From positions 32,001-96,000 of the forward strand of contig CAVUPH010000024.1 in the NCBI GenBank assembly GCA_963743305.1: DNA of 64,000 nucleotides, written 5' to 3'. Source of the stretch: an uncultured delta proteobacterium. Lineage in GTDB: Bacteria > Desulfobacterota > RBG-13-43-22. Made by a program: the position numbers and the translations under genes. Position 1 is the stretch's first letter. The number at the start of each line of letters is the position of its first letter. Shown piece after piece: positions 1 to 11,202 of this stretch. A model generated the notes under the pieces. That model saw nothing but the letters and a program-made list of their open reading frames with translations. It was not told where the DNA came from and searched no databases.

Positions 1-904
1 GGGGATTTCGAATCTCATGGGCCAGGGAAGTGGTGAGTTTGCCGATATGGGCCAAACGCTCGGATTCCCGGATTCGCCGTTCCGTTTCGGTCCGCTCCGT
101 AATGTCCCGGCAAATGCCGGCCACCGCATATTCCCCTTGGTAGAGGATACGTTTCACCTTGTTTTCGGTCGGGAGGCTCAAGCCGTTTTTATGACGGCGG
201 AGGAAGACGTAGAGGTCCTCCGATTCTTCACCGGCCATTCGTTTTTCATAGAGTCTCTGCACCGCCGGGAGTGATCGGGGGGCAATAAAATCCATGTAGG
301 ATTTGCCGAACATCTCCGCCGGGGAATACCCATGGAGGTCGCAAAAGGCTTGATTGGCAAAGACGATCAGTCCCCGCTGATTGACGAAGTAGCCGTCATT
401 GATCTCCTCCACCAGGACGCGATATTTTCCTTCGGATTCGGAAAGCTCCCGGGTCCGCTTTTCCACTTCCCGCTCCAAATTCCCGGCGTGTTCTCGGATC
501 TCCTTTTCATGAAGGGACTGAAAATATTGGCTGAACCGCTTGATCGTATACAAAAGACAGGCATCCATCCGTTGCAAGGCCGGAAGCAGCCCGCGGGAGT
601 TAAGTTTCTTTACCAGAATGGGGACGAGCACCTTCCGGTAAAGATCATAGGCATGTTGCACGTCCGAGAGGGAAAACCCGCCTTCGAGCCGCAATCGGGT
701 GATCCACTTGATATGGGCGTCAATCAGGGAATAATCGTCGTGGAGAATCACGGCGAAATTGGCGTCGTACACCCGGGAAACGGTTAACAACAGCTCCTTC
801 AGCGGCCTTTCACTGTACCGCGGGCTGACCTCCGTTTGCAGCCGGCGAATCCACTCCTCGATGAGCGGTTCCCGGTGTACCGTCAGGATAGTTCCCAGAT
901 CCAT
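1..904 (-). CDS. Sensor histidine kinase (N-terminal RsbRD_N-like helical region + PAS + HisKA), truncated by window start
   Basis: Manual translation from ATG 904: MDLGTILTVHREPLIEEWIRRLQTEVSPRY... in frame with RESERLAHIGKLTTSLAHEIRNP (H-box) at the window edge. Absent from the ORF track because no stop lies in the window. Confidence 0.85.
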   Translation of the reverse strand, partial: MDLGTILTVHREPLIEEWIRRLQTEVSPRYSERPLKELLLTVSRVYDANFAVILHDDYSLIDAHIKWITRLRLEGGFSLSDVQHAYDLYRKVLVPILVKKLNSRGLLPALQRMDACLLYTIKRFSQYFQSLHEKEIREHAGNLEREVEKRTRELSESEGKYRVLVEEINDGYFVNQRGLIVFANQAFCDLHGYSPAEMFGKSYMDFIAPRSLPAVQRLYEKRMAGEESEDLYVFLRRHKNGLSLPTENKVKRILYQGEYAVAGICRDITERTETERRIRESERLAHIGKLTTSLAHEIRNP

Positions 905-918
905 GCGAAACGCCTTTG

Positions 919-1989
919 TTATAACACGGCCCAAGGTTTGGGAAGAAAGACCTTCTCATAAAGGTTCAAGGCATAACGGTCGGTCATCCCGGCGATGAAA
1001 TCCGAGGCGCGTTGGGGGTCGAAAGGCAAGGAGCCCAGTTCCAACCCGGTCTCGCTTTCGATCATTTCCGGGGATTCCATCAGGACGCCATACAATTCCT
1101 GGATCACTTTCCGGGCCTTGATGAAGTCATAATGCACGCGACCGATTTCGTAGACCCGCTCGTAGAGAAAGTCCCGCAAAGCCGTCATGGCCTGCTGGAC
1201 CGATGACCCCAGGGACAACTCCCGGGGCGGGGATTCCCGGCTGTGTTCGACCAGGTCCGTCACCATGGTGTTGATTCGCTGGGAACTGCGGTCGCCCAAC
1301 ACGCGACGGCAAAAGGAGGGAATCTCCCGATCGGTGATCAAGCCGCCCCGCAGGGCGTCGTCCAGGTCGTGGCTGATATAGGCGATGATATCGGCAATGC
1401 GCACCACCTGCCCCTCCAGGGTCGCCGACCTTTCCTCCGATTCCTGGGGCAATATTTCTCCTTTGCCCTTGGAATGTTTGAGGATACCGTCCCGTACTTC
1501 CCAGGAAAGATTGAGGCCCAGCCCGCCCTTTTCCAGTTCATCCACCACCCGCAGACTTTGCTGATTGTGATAAAAACCACCGGGAACGATATCATTCAAT
1601 ACCTCCTCCCCGGCATGCCCGAAAGGGGTGTGTCCCAGATCGTGTCCCAGCGCGCTGGCTTCCGTGAGATCTTCGTTTAATCCCAGGCAGCGGGCCACGG
1701 TGCGGGCGATCTGGGAGACTTCCAGGGTATGGGTCAGACGGGTTCGGTAGTGGTCACCGGTAGGAGAAAGGAAAACCTGGGTTTTATGTTTCAGGCGACG
1801 AAAAGCCTTGCAGTGGATAATCCGGTCCCGATCCCGCTGAAAAGCCGTCCTCAGGGCGCATTCGGCTTCCGGGCGCATTCGCCCCCGGCTCTCGGCACTT
1901 CGGGCAGCCCAAGGGGATAGATAGAGCCTTTCCCGTTCTTCACTGGCCTCGCGGATGGTTATAGCCTGTCGATCATTTAAGCCGGACAA
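919..1989 (-). CDS. dgt: Deoxyguanosinetriphosphate triphosphohydrolase (HD family)
   Basis: RTAFQRDRDRIIH, FRRLKHKTQVF, RTRLTHTLEV, GHDLGHTPFGH and DFIAGMTD motifs. Confidence 0.93.
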   Translation of the reverse strand: MSGLNDRQAITIREASEERERLYLSPWAARSAESRGRMRPEAECALRTAFQRDRDRIIHCKAFRRLKHKTQVFLSPTGDHYRTRLTHTLEVSQIARTVARCLGLNEDLTEASALGHDLGHTPFGHAGEEVLNDIVPGGFYHNQQSLRVVDELEKGGLGLNLSWEVRDGILKHSKGKGEILPQESEERSATLEGQVVRIADIIAYISHDLDDALRGGLITDREIPSFCRRVLGDRSSQRINTMVTDLVEHSRESPPRELSLGSSVQQAMTALRDFLYERVYEIGRVHYDFIKARKVIQELYGVLMESPEMIESETGLELGSLPFDPQRASDFIAGMTDRYALNLYEKVFLPKPWAVL

Positions 1990-2176
1990 TGGGGCCTCCG
2001 ATCGGAAACAATACTAATTTTTCACAAAAAAACAAGGGGCTATTTTTTTTGCTTCTTCGGCGGTTTCGGTTGAGTCTGGGTATACTAGGCGCTCCCCATG
2101 GGTTCTTACCTCCTAAAATACCGGAAGGGCCTTATTTCTATTTACAAAAAGTACTCCCTTGATTAGTATTTCCTCC

Positions 2177-3250
2177 ATGCGGATCATTTCCCACTACATC
2201 GCCAAAGAATTTCTAAAGATGACCCTCTTCTGTCTGGGCACCTTTGTGATGATTTATTTACTGGTGGAAGTGATGGAAAAATTGGACGATTTCAACACGG
2301 CCGGGGTGCCGCCTCGTCAGATAATGAATTATTTTATATATATTATTCCGGCCATCATCAAACAAATGATCCCGGTAGCCATTCTGATGGGCACGCAATT
2401 GACTTTCGGCTCTTTTTCCAAGAACAACCAACTCATCGCTTTCAAGTCCAGCGGGATCAGCATGATCCGACTCTCTTCACCCATCATCCTGCTCGCTATC
2501 GTGACCAGTCTGCTGGTCTTTGTCCTGGGAGAGAGTTTGATTCCGGCCGCCAATGCCCGGGCCCTGGAAATCTGGAATGTCCAGGTGAAAAAAATGGAAG
2601 CGCGGGCTGTTCTGATCAACGAGCGGATCTGGTATAAAGGAGATCGCTCGATTTATACCTTTGATCGCTTCAACTTTAAAGAACAATCGGCCCTCAAGGT
2701 CACCCTCTATTTTTTAGATCCCCAATTTCAGTTGCAATCGCGTCTGGATGCCGAACGGGGATTTTGGGCCGACGACGTGTGGACTTTCGAAGACGGCCTC
2801 TACCAAATCTATCAACCCAAGAGTTCCGTTCAAATCTTTAAAACCCTTAAGCTACCCTTGACGGAAACCCCGGAAGATTTTCGCTACCGGGAAAAAAGCA
2901 GCGAGGAAATGACCTATTCCGAGTTAAGAAGGTTTATCGGGAAAATCGAGCAGGAGGGCTATGAGGCCCAAGCCTACCGGGTGGAACAGCAAATGCGCCT
3001 ATCCTTCCCCGGGGTTTCAATCATCATGGCCTTGATCGGGATTTCCATGGCGCTGCGCCGAGAAAAAGGAATCGGCATCGCCCAGGGCATCGTGGGCAGT
3101 CTGGCGGTGACCTTTATCTACTGGATTTTCTTTGGCTTCTCCCGGTCTCTGGGCCTTTCCGGGGTCTTTCCGGCCTTTTGGGCCGCCTGGGCGTCCAATA
3201 TCCTCTTTCTGCTAATCGGGGGCTACCTGCTCCTTCATATCCGGCAATGA
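2177..3250 (+). CDS. lptG: LPS export ABC transporter permease, LptF/LptG family (LptG-like)
   Basis: MRIISHYIAKEF start, NQLIAFKSSGIS motif, 3+3 TM layout around a periplasmic domain, C-terminal AAWASNILF. Confidence 0.8.
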   Translation: MRIISHYIAKEFLKMTLFCLGTFVMIYLLVEVMEKLDDFNTAGVPPRQIMNYFIYIIPAIIKQMIPVAILMGTQLTFGSFSKNNQLIAFKSSGISMIRLSSPIILLAIVTSLLVFVLGESLIPAANARALEIWNVQVKKMEARAVLINERIWYKGDRSIYTFDRFNFKEQSALKVTLYFLDPQFQLQSRLDAERGFWADDVWTFEDGLYQIYQPKSSVQIFKTLKLPLTETPEDFRYREKSSEEMTYSELRRFIGKIEQEGYEAQAYRVEQQMRLSFPGVSIIMALIGISMALRREKGIGIAQGIVGSLAVTFIYWIFFGFSRSLGLSGVFPAFWAAWASNILFLLIGGYLLLHIRQ

Positions 3251-5050
3251 AGCCCGCCACCTTTGCCGCGCTTTTAAAAAAATCGCTGCCTTTTCTATAT
3301 ATGCTGGCAGTGTCTATGACCGTCCTGATCGCCTGGGTCGGTTATTCCACTTCCAGACAGATTCAAGAGACGATTACCCTGCAATTCAACCAGCAGCAGC
3401 TCACGCTGGCCCGGAAAATATCGAATCATATTCAAAATCAAATCGCCTATCTTCAGAGCACGCTGTTGGGGCTTCGGGAAATCCGGGAGTTGATCGACCC
3501 GGCCGTGGTCGGGGAACGGAAAATTTTCCGGAATTATCAGCAAATCCTGGCCGGAGACGTCTTGTCCGTAATGATCCTCGACCCGCAGGGACGACCCCTC
3601 CTGAAAGCGCAAGACCCGTCCTGGAACCCTGGAGAGATCCCGCTCCCATTCGCCCGGTTCGCTGAGCGCCTACCTGCCGTCGGCGCTGACCCCTGACCGG
3701 GTCTGGGTTGGACGAACGTTTTCACTGGCCGGAAGGTGGGTATTGCCGATGATGGCCCCCTTCGGGCCGAAAGAGCCCTCCCTTCCGGAGGTCCGGGGGG
3801 CAGTCGTCCTGATTTTGGATGCCATTCACCTGGCCAAGAAAGCGACTGCCGGGGTGATCAGCGGCGCCACCGGCTACGCCTGGGTGATCAACCCCCAAGG
3901 GATCCTGCTGGATCACTACGAAAGCTCTTTTGTGGGCCGCAGTATTTTCGAAGTCCGCAAGGCCCGGAACCCCAATATCTCCTACCGGGACATCGATGAT
4001 TTGACTCGACGGGAACTGCTGAAGCGAAAGGAAGGGACTTCCAAATACGTCAGCGGTTGGCATCGCCATAGACTAACCCGGACCGAAAAACTGATTGCCT
4101 ACACGGCTATTCCTTTTTTCGAAACACCGGACCGAAACTTGAGGGCCCATCCGCTGCCGGCCGATGAATTCTGGTCCGTAGCCTTGGTCGCCCCGATCGA
4201 AGAAGTCTCCGGCCTGATCCGCAGCCTCAACTACCAGCAGGTTCTGCTGATCGGCATTTTCCAACTGCTCATCATCGTCGGAACCGGGATGTTTGTGTTC
4301 ATCTCCAACCGCTGGTCCAGGTATTTGACCATCGAGGTGGACCGGAAAGCCGAGGAACTGAAAAAATCCCAGGAAAAGCTGGTCCACTCCGAACGGTTGG
4401 CGGCGGTGGGTTCCATGGCCAGCCACGTGTCCCACGAAATCAAAAATCCTTTGATCGCCATCGGCGGGATGGCCCACCAGTTGAAGCGTTCCCCCAACCT
4501 GACGGACAAGGAAAAAGAGAAGCTGGACCTGGTCATTGGCGAGATCGGCCGCCTGGAAAACATGTTGATAGAAGTGCGCGATTTCACCCGGCCGACCACG
4601 CCTCGAAAAATCAGGAGTTCCCTTCAGCGATTGATCAAGGAAATCACCGACCTCCTGGGCGATCTGATCAAGGAACAGCATATCGAGGTCTTGATCGACC
4701 TGGACCCCCGGATAGCGGAGTTTTCCTTCGACCCGGACCAGATGAAACAAGTGTTGTTGAACTTGATTAAGAACGCAGTGGAGGCCATGCCGGAAGGAGG
4801 CCGGCTGTCCGTTACGACCCATCGGGAAAACAACCAGGCCATTGTGGAAATAAGCGATACCGGCCAGGGCTTTGAAAAAGACCACCAGGCCAACCTCTTC
4901 CGCCCCTTTTACACCACGAAAAAAAAGGGAACCGGCCTGGGACTGGCCGTTTCCTATAAAATCGTCCAGGACCACAATGGCGATATCCGGGTGGATTCCC
5001 AGACCGGGCGGGGCACCCGGGTGGTGGTCCTCTTACCGATAACCGATTGA
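3247..5050 (+). CDS. Membrane sensor histidine kinase (Cache-like periplasmic domain), split by an apparent frameshift near 3650
   Basis: ATG overlaps the lptG stop. TM + periplasmic start (3247-3696) continues in another frame into TM, H-box SHEIKNPL, N-box NLIKNAVEAM and G-box TTKKKGTGLGL. Confidence 0.85.
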
Positions 5051-5110
5051 CGATTAACCATTGACCATTGATTATTGATTATTGGGATATTGACGAAAGG
5101 AAAATTCACC

Positions 5111-7048
5111 ATGGGTTTGAATGTCGTTCAGAAAATAATTTCCCGTCACCGAGTTTCCTCCACCCAGGCGGTGGACGGCGTTGTTCCCTTAAAGGTGGAT
5201 CAGGTGTTGACCCAGGACGCTACGGGGACCATGGTATATCTGCAGTTCGAAGCTATCGGTCTTTCCCGGATCCGGGTCCCCCTGGCCGTTTCTTATGTGG
5301 ATCACAATACCCTGCAGGTGGATTCCCGAAACCCTGACGATCACCGCTATCTGCAAACCGCAGCGGCTCGCTTCGGCGCCTATTTTTCACCTCCGGGCAA
5401 CGGCATCTGCCACCAGCTTCATTTGGAGAACTTTGCCCGGCCCGGCCAGGTGCTGCTGGGTTCGGACAGCCATACCCCGACCTGCGGCGGACTGGGAATG
5501 CTGGCCATCGGCTGTGGCGGGTTGGACATTACGGCCGCCATGGCCGGGTTTCCCTATGAACTGCCGCTCCCCAAAATCCGAAAGGTCCGGCTCAAGGGCA
5601 AACTTCGCCGGCCCTGGGTAACGGCTATGGACCTCAGCCTGGAACTGCTGCGGCGTCTGACCGTTCGGGGAGGTGTGGGCTGGGTCCTGGAGTACGGCGG
5701 ACCGGCGCTACCGCACCTCTCCCTGACCGAACGAGCCACCATCTGCAACCTGGGGGCCGAACTGGGGGCCACCGCCTCCGTGTTCCCCAGTGACCAAATT
5801 ACCCGGGACTTTCTTCGGGCCCGAGGTCGGGAAAACGACTGGCAGGAACTGCTGCCTGACCGGGATGCCTCCTATGATGAAACGATCGATGTGGATCTCG
5901 GCCGATTGGAGCCGCTGACCGCCCAGCCCTTCAGCCCGGACAACGTTGTCCCCTTAAAGGATCTAGCCGGTCTACGGGTGGACCAGGTGTGCATCGGCAG
6001 TTGCTCCAATTCCTCTTACGAGGTCTTACGCGCCGTGGCCTGCATCGTGAAAGGAAAAACCATCGCCCCCCACCTGAATCTGCTGGTTAATCCCGGGTCG
6101 CGGCAGGTGGTCGGGAACCTGGCCGCCGACGGGTCATTAGGCACTTTGATCGCCGCCGGCGCCCGGATCCTGGAAGCGGCCTGCGGTCCCTGCATCGGCA
6201 TGGGCGGGGCCCCGCCGGATCAGGGGATTTCTTTCCGTTCCTATAACCGGAACTTCAAGGGTCGCAGCGGAACGGCCAATGCCCGGGTCTTCCTGGTCAA
6301 TCCTTTGGCCGGGGCGCTCCTGGCCCTCCAGGGAGAAGTGGTCGATCCCCTGCGCTTCCCTTTGCGCCTCCCCGCTTCAGCCCCGGCTCCTGCTTTCCGG
6401 GGTCCGGAGAGGACGATCCAACCCCCGCCCCGAAAAACGGCCGCCTTGGAGATCACCCGCGGCCCCAACATCCGGCCGATCCCCCGAAAAAAACCACTCC
6501 CGGATACTTTCTCGGCCGCGGTCCTGATTAAACTGGGGGATCACGTCACTACCGATGACATTCTGCCCGGCGGGTCTGAGGTCCTCCCCTATCGTTCAAA
6601 CATCCCGGCAATTTCCCGCTACACCTTTTCTCGAGTGGACCCCGGTTTTGCCGAGCGGGCCCTGAAAAATCCCGGAGGGATCATCATCGGCGGCGAAAAC
6701 TATGGCCAGGGTTCCTCCCGGGAGCACGCCGCCCTGGCTCCCATGTTTCTCGGCATCCAGGCCGTGCTGGCCAAATCCTTTGCCCGGATTCATCTGAACA
6801 ACCTGATCAACTATGGGATCCTGCCACTGGTTTTTGAAAACCCGGAGGATTATTTGAGTCTGAAACAAGGAGAACTGCTGACCTTTGCCGGAGTCAGAAA
6901 ATCAATCAGGAAATTAATGACCCTAGAGGCCCGCCGGGGGAATGAACCCAAAGGTATTCGGCTGCTGCCCCAGCTCACCGCGAATAAAATTGAAGTGCTT
7001 TTATCCGGCGGCCTCCTGCCTTACCTTAGAAAGAAGTCAAAAAAATGA
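5111..7048 (+). CDS. Aconitate hydratase (single chain, ~645 aa)
   Basis: TQDATGT, DHN, GSDSHT, IGSCSNS, ACGPCIGMG, YNRNFKGR, TTDDI and NYGQGSSREHA motifs. Confidence 0.9.
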   Translation: MGLNVVQKIISRHRVSSTQAVDGVVPLKVDQVLTQDATGTMVYLQFEAIGLSRIRVPLAVSYVDHNTLQVDSRNPDDHRYLQTAAARFGAYFSPPGNGICHQLHLENFARPGQVLLGSDSHTPTCGGLGMLAIGCGGLDITAAMAGFPYELPLPKIRKVRLKGKLRRPWVTAMDLSLELLRRLTVRGGVGWVLEYGGPALPHLSLTERATICNLGAELGATASVFPSDQITRDFLRARGRENDWQELLPDRDASYDETIDVDLGRLEPLTAQPFSPDNVVPLKDLAGLRVDQVCIGSCSNSSYEVLRAVACIVKGKTIAPHLNLLVNPGSRQVVGNLAADGSLGTLIAAGARILEAACGPCIGMGGAPPDQGISFRSYNRNFKGRSGTANARVFLVNPLAGALLALQGEVVDPLRFPLRLPASAPAPAFRGPERTIQPPPRKTAALEITRGPNIRPIPRKKPLPDTFSAAVLIKLGDHVTTDDILPGGSEVLPYRSNIPAISRYTFSRVDPGFAERALKNPGGIIIGGENYGQGSSREHAALAPMFLGIQAVLAKSFARIHLNNLINYGILPLVFENPEDYLSLKQGELLTFAGVRKSIRKLMTLEARRGNEPKGIRLLPQLTANKIEVLLSGGLLPYLRKKSKK

Positions 7049-7159
7049 GAGTTAAAGTCCCCCTTCGATAAAGGGGGATTTAGGGGGATTTCCAATGAAA
7101 CCGAACAACCACCAAATCTTTTATTTTCGCACTCAATTAGGTAACCAACGGAGACGTTA

Positions 7160-8113
7160 ATGCCCCCCCTCGAGTTTCCTAATGTTCTGATCGGTCACGC
7201 TTCCTATCCGGACGGACCTACCGGTTGCACCGTGATCCTTTGCCCGGAAGGGGCGGTGGCCGGGATGGATGTCCGCGGTTCCGCCTCCGGCACCCGTCAG
7301 ACCGACTCCCTCTCCGCCCTCCACCGGGTACCCCACATTCATGGGATCTTATTGGCCGGGGGAAGTTCTTTCGGGCTGGATGCTACCGGCGGAGTGCTGC
7401 AATACCTGGAAGAAAAAGGGATCGGCTTTGATGTGACCGTTACCCGGGTACCCATCGTGCCTTCGGCTATCCTTTTTGACCTGGCCTTCGGCAATCCGGC
7501 CGTGCGGCCGGACAAGTCCCTGGGGTATCAGGCCTGTATGAACGCCTCGGCCGGCACGGTGGAGGAAGGGAGTGTCGGGGCCGGGATCGGAGCCACGATC
7601 GGGAAACTGTTCAGCGTCCTCCAGGCCACCAAGGGCGGCCTGGGCTATGCCTCCACCACCTTGGAAAATGGATTGACGGTCGCCGCCCTGGTGGTGGTCA
7701 ACGCCTTCGGCGATGTGCGGGATCTCGAGGGAAACATCCTGGCCGGGGCTCGCACCGGCCCCCGGGACACCACCTGGGCCAACACCTGGGCCTGCATGAA
7801 GCAGGGAATCCAGCCCAAACAATTCGTGGTCCAGAACACCACCCTGGGCGTGATCCTAACCAACGCCCGACTGGACAAGGCCGATGCCCGCAAACTGGCC
7901 CAGTTGGGCCAGAACGCCCTGGCCCGGGTGATCGCCCCGGTACATACCCTCTACGACGGGGACATCGTCTTCGCCCTGTCCGTGGGGACGGTCGAGGCCG
8001 GTCTGATGCAGGTGGGAATAGTGGCCCAGGAGATGCTCCAGGAAGCCATTCTCCGGGCGGTCAAAGCCGCCGACGGCCTGGGCCGCCTCCCGGCCTGGCG
8101 GGATTTTCACTAG
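7160..8113 (+). CDS. P1/S58 (DmpA-like) peptidase family protein
   Basis: TGCTVIL, DVRGSASGTR, LAGGSSFGL, GSVGAGIGAT, NTTLGV and HTLYDGDIVFALS motifs. Confidence 0.88.
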   Translation: MPPLEFPNVLIGHASYPDGPTGCTVILCPEGAVAGMDVRGSASGTRQTDSLSALHRVPHIHGILLAGGSSFGLDATGGVLQYLEEKGIGFDVTVTRVPIVPSAILFDLAFGNPAVRPDKSLGYQACMNASAGTVEEGSVGAGIGATIGKLFSVLQATKGGLGYASTTLENGLTVAALVVVNAFGDVRDLEGNILAGARTGPRDTTWANTWACMKQGIQPKQFVVQNTTLGVILTNARLDKADARKLAQLGQNALARVIAPVHTLYDGDIVFALSVGTVEAGLMQVGIVAQEMLQEAILRAVKAADGLGRLPAWRDFH

Positions 8114-8157
8114 TTCCACCGTTGGAAGTCATCCGTCAACCCATCGTTAAGCGCTAT

Positions 8158-9617
8158 TCACCTGTTTTCTTCCGCCAAAAGGGCCTCTGCGGCAAAAATG
8201 CCGGACATGGCTGCCGGGGCTACGCCGAACCCCGGGTAGGTAGTCTGGCCGGCCTGATATAAACCGGAGATTTGAGAAGCGTGTGGAAACTGTGCTTTGA
8301 GAGCCGCCGCCGGGGATAGGCCATAGACGGCCCCTTTGTAAAGATGCAGACGACCCTGAAAATCCTTGGGGCTGCGGACCCTTTTTACGGCAATGTCGAT
8401 AGTATTTTGGCGGGTCAGCGCCTGGAGAGTCGATTCGACCACCTCCCCGGTTTTCCGCTCATTCCAATCGTCAGCCGGTAAATCCTGATTTATAGCCGGA
8501 AATATCTCGACGATGCTTCCGCCCTTTGGGGATAGCTCGGGCATCGTCACAGTGGGTACGAAGGTAATAAACCATTTCCCTTCATCCTTTCCTGGAGAGA
8601 AAAATTTGAAATGCTCCTTCATCATCGGAAAAATGATATGGGTATGGCTGCGGAGGCCGATCACGTTCTTTAACCCAAGTTGGATTGAAAACGCCTTGGG
8701 GGACAAGGGCGCCTTACGTATCTTCAGGCTCATTCCACTCGGCAATTCCTCGGGATCCAGGAGTGAACGGAAAGTAGCCATTCCATTAACGGTTGATATG
8801 ACGGCGTCCACCTCGATCGGACCGAATCCTTCAATTTTCAATCCAGAAACCCGTCCATTCTTCAGGAGTATTTTCTGGATCTTCGCGTTTAGAAATATTT
8901 CGCCACCATTATTTCTCAAAGCCCGACCCAGAGCTTCCGATATTTTTCCCATGCCTCCTTCAGGCAGATAATATCCCTTACTCAGGAGGGCAATGAGCCC
9001 TAATATTAATAGAATCGGTGTCTTCTGCGGCGGCGTGCCCGTATACCAGAGAGCGCCGGCCATGGCGGAGCGTACGGCCTGATCGCTGAAAAGGTCATTT
9101 ATTTCTGAGGCCACTGTCCCGTGGAATTTGTGAAGATGCGGCCACACTTTTGGAATCAGCCGTGAAAGTGAAAAGGGGTTGGTCAATAGGTCATTTTCAT
9201 AGAGCCGGAGCACGGGATCCCATTTCTTTCGCAGGTTATCAAGTTCTCTTTGCAGTCGGCCCGCATTACCCTTGGCCATCCCCCGGTTCACCCTTACCTG
9301 GTACTTATCACCGATAGACACAACCGTTCCGTCAGGCAATGTTGTCCGGTGAGAGGCCACTTTCCTTAATGGCAGGATTGAACGGCGTTCAAGGCCCAAC
9401 TTCGCTCAAAAACTCGATCGAGGATCCCGGGAAAACTTAAGTAAACAGCCCCATCGTTAAATGTATAATCCCCTATAGTTGTGTTTGCACAACAGCCGCC
9501 CAGCTTATCATTGGCTTCAAAAAGTTTCACTCTCAGGCCCCGTCGAGAGAGCAGGCCACCTGCGGAGAGCCCCGACACTCCACCCCCGATAATCCCTATG
9601 GTCCGAATTTTACTCAT
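8158..9617 (-). CDS. Phytoene desaturase (CrtI)-like FAD-dependent oxidoreductase, apparent frameshift near 9405
   Basis: N-terminal IGIIGGGVSGLSAG...LFEANDKLGGC (ATG 9617) joins the 8158-9399 frame with YLPEGGMGKISEAL, GAVYGL and GLYQAGQTTYPGFGVAPAAMSG. Confidence 0.8.
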
Positions 9618-9666
9618 AGCGCCTTTTCCTGAACGGTCGAGAAGGGAGGGAATTGTGACCTCCTTT

Positions 9667-11202
9667 CTAATAACAGACGGTTGCCGGATCGGGCATCCCC
9701 CATCCCTCAAATTTTGAACCGAATCCTCTTTTCAGACAACTGCTCTTCAGCAAATTCTCGATAGCCAGTGACCGATTACGGTCCCGAGGCATTTCATAGA
9801 TGTTCTTGTTGCCGGAAAGCAGACAGGCAGCAGCGCCTGAGACAACCGGGGCCGCCATCGATGTTCCACTGCATGATCCGAAGCCGTTCCCTGGCAATGT
9901 GGATAACACCCCTACCCCTAAACCCGTTAATGATATCTGTTTACCGACGTTTGAAAATCCGGCAAGGAACTCATCCGGGTCAGTGGTACCCTTCGGCGGT
10001 CGGTCGACGAAGGCCTCGTCAATCACGCCGGGAGGAAAGGTCCCTTCCCTTCCCATGGCCGAAACGGCTGTTGCGCCGGGAAAAGCGGCCGGGTAATTGA
10101 CTGCCCCACGGAAATCGTTGCCCGCGGCCACTACGACGAGCACCCCATTATCCCGTGCATCCGTAATCGCCATCTTTAGGGCCTGATCGTTTGGGTCCCC
10201 GTTCTCGATGCTCAGATTAATGATATCGCACTTTTCAATTTGCGCTAGGCCTATGGCATTCAACAGATCTGCGCTATTGGCATTACCTCCCCCGAAAATC
10301 CGGTAAGATCGAATCCCGACCCCGGGTGCGAGCCCGCACAAAGTACCTTGAGCGCCGATAAGTCCCGCGACAAAGGTGCCGTGTCCTACCGAATCGTAAT
10401 AATTTCCAGAGGATTGTCCTAGAACCACATTTCGCCCCCCAATAAGATGCAGATCAAGGTGAGGTCCGACACCGGTGTCGATGACACCCACCGTGACACC
10501 GATCGAGGGATCAAACCGGGACTGGCGATAGTATTGACGCACGCCATCCCTGAAGTACAAATTCAGTGGTTCCAGGTCGAGATCGATAGACGGACTTATG
10601 GGAATATTTCGGCGAAAAGCACCCCACCGCCACAATTGTTCGCAGTAGAGCTGTTCAATGGATTGTCCTGAGAGTCGCATCATTACCTCTCCAGAAGCAT
10701 CGGTCACTTTTTCATCCCCTTCGTTACTTTTATAATTCGAGATGGCGGTCACCAATAGGCCGCTGCCTATTGGAACTCTTTTCCCATTTTCCTTTCCCCA
10801 AACCTTTATCGTAACGTCTGAACACTTCCCCTTCGGTCGCTTTGGTCTCATGACTCCAGCCATAGGTGCGGAAGCCTTCGCAAGGCCACCCGAAACTCCC
10901 GATGGCCTTCTAGGCGTGAGGGGCATGTTTAGCGGCCGGTCATACTTGAAGATAGGCCATCTGAGAACCGCTCGGTTTTGATCCACCGCACGAGCGGCCT
11001 CGTCGTCCAACTCCACCACCTTTGGACCTTGAGGCAGGATGGAATGAATGACCCGGATTTCCTTTCCCCCTGCAAGATTGGTTTTTTTTACCATAAAGGG
11101 CCTGGGGGGTCCTATAGATTCCTCCAGCGGATGCAGCTCCTTTAGCGCTTCACTAAGAAATCCTTTACGGGGTGTCAATAGGTACTGCTTGGTTTCGGCC
11201 AT
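9667..11202 (-). CDS. S8 (subtilisin-like) serine protease, no obvious signal peptide
   Basis: Triad VGVIDTG / GHGTFVAG / SGTSMAAP, oxyanion AAGND, AGGAGG RBS before ATG 11202. Confidence 0.9.
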   Translation of the reverse strand: MAETKQYLLTPRKGFLSEALKELHPLEESIGPPRPFMVKKTNLAGGKEIRVIHSILPQGPKVVELDDEAARAVDQNRAVLRWPIFKYDRPLNMPLTPRRPSGVSGGLAKASAPMAGVMRPKRPKGKCSDVTIKVWGKENGKRVPIGSGLLVTAISNYKSNEGDEKVTDASGEVMMRLSGQSIEQLYCEQLWRWGAFRRNIPISPSIDLDLEPLNLYFRDGVRQYYRQSRFDPSIGVTVGVIDTGVGPHLDLHLIGGRNVVLGQSSGNYYDSVGHGTFVAGLIGAQGTLCGLAPGVGIRSYRIFGGGNANSADLLNAIGLAQIEKCDIINLSIENGDPNDQALKMAITDARDNGVLVVVAAGNDFRGAVNYPAAFPGATAVSAMGREGTFPPGVIDEAFVDRPPKGTTDPDEFLAGFSNVGKQISLTGLGVGVLSTLPGNGFGSCSGTSMAAPVVSGAAACLLSGNKNIYEMPRDRNRSLAIENLLKSSCLKRGFGSKFEGWGMPDPATVCY

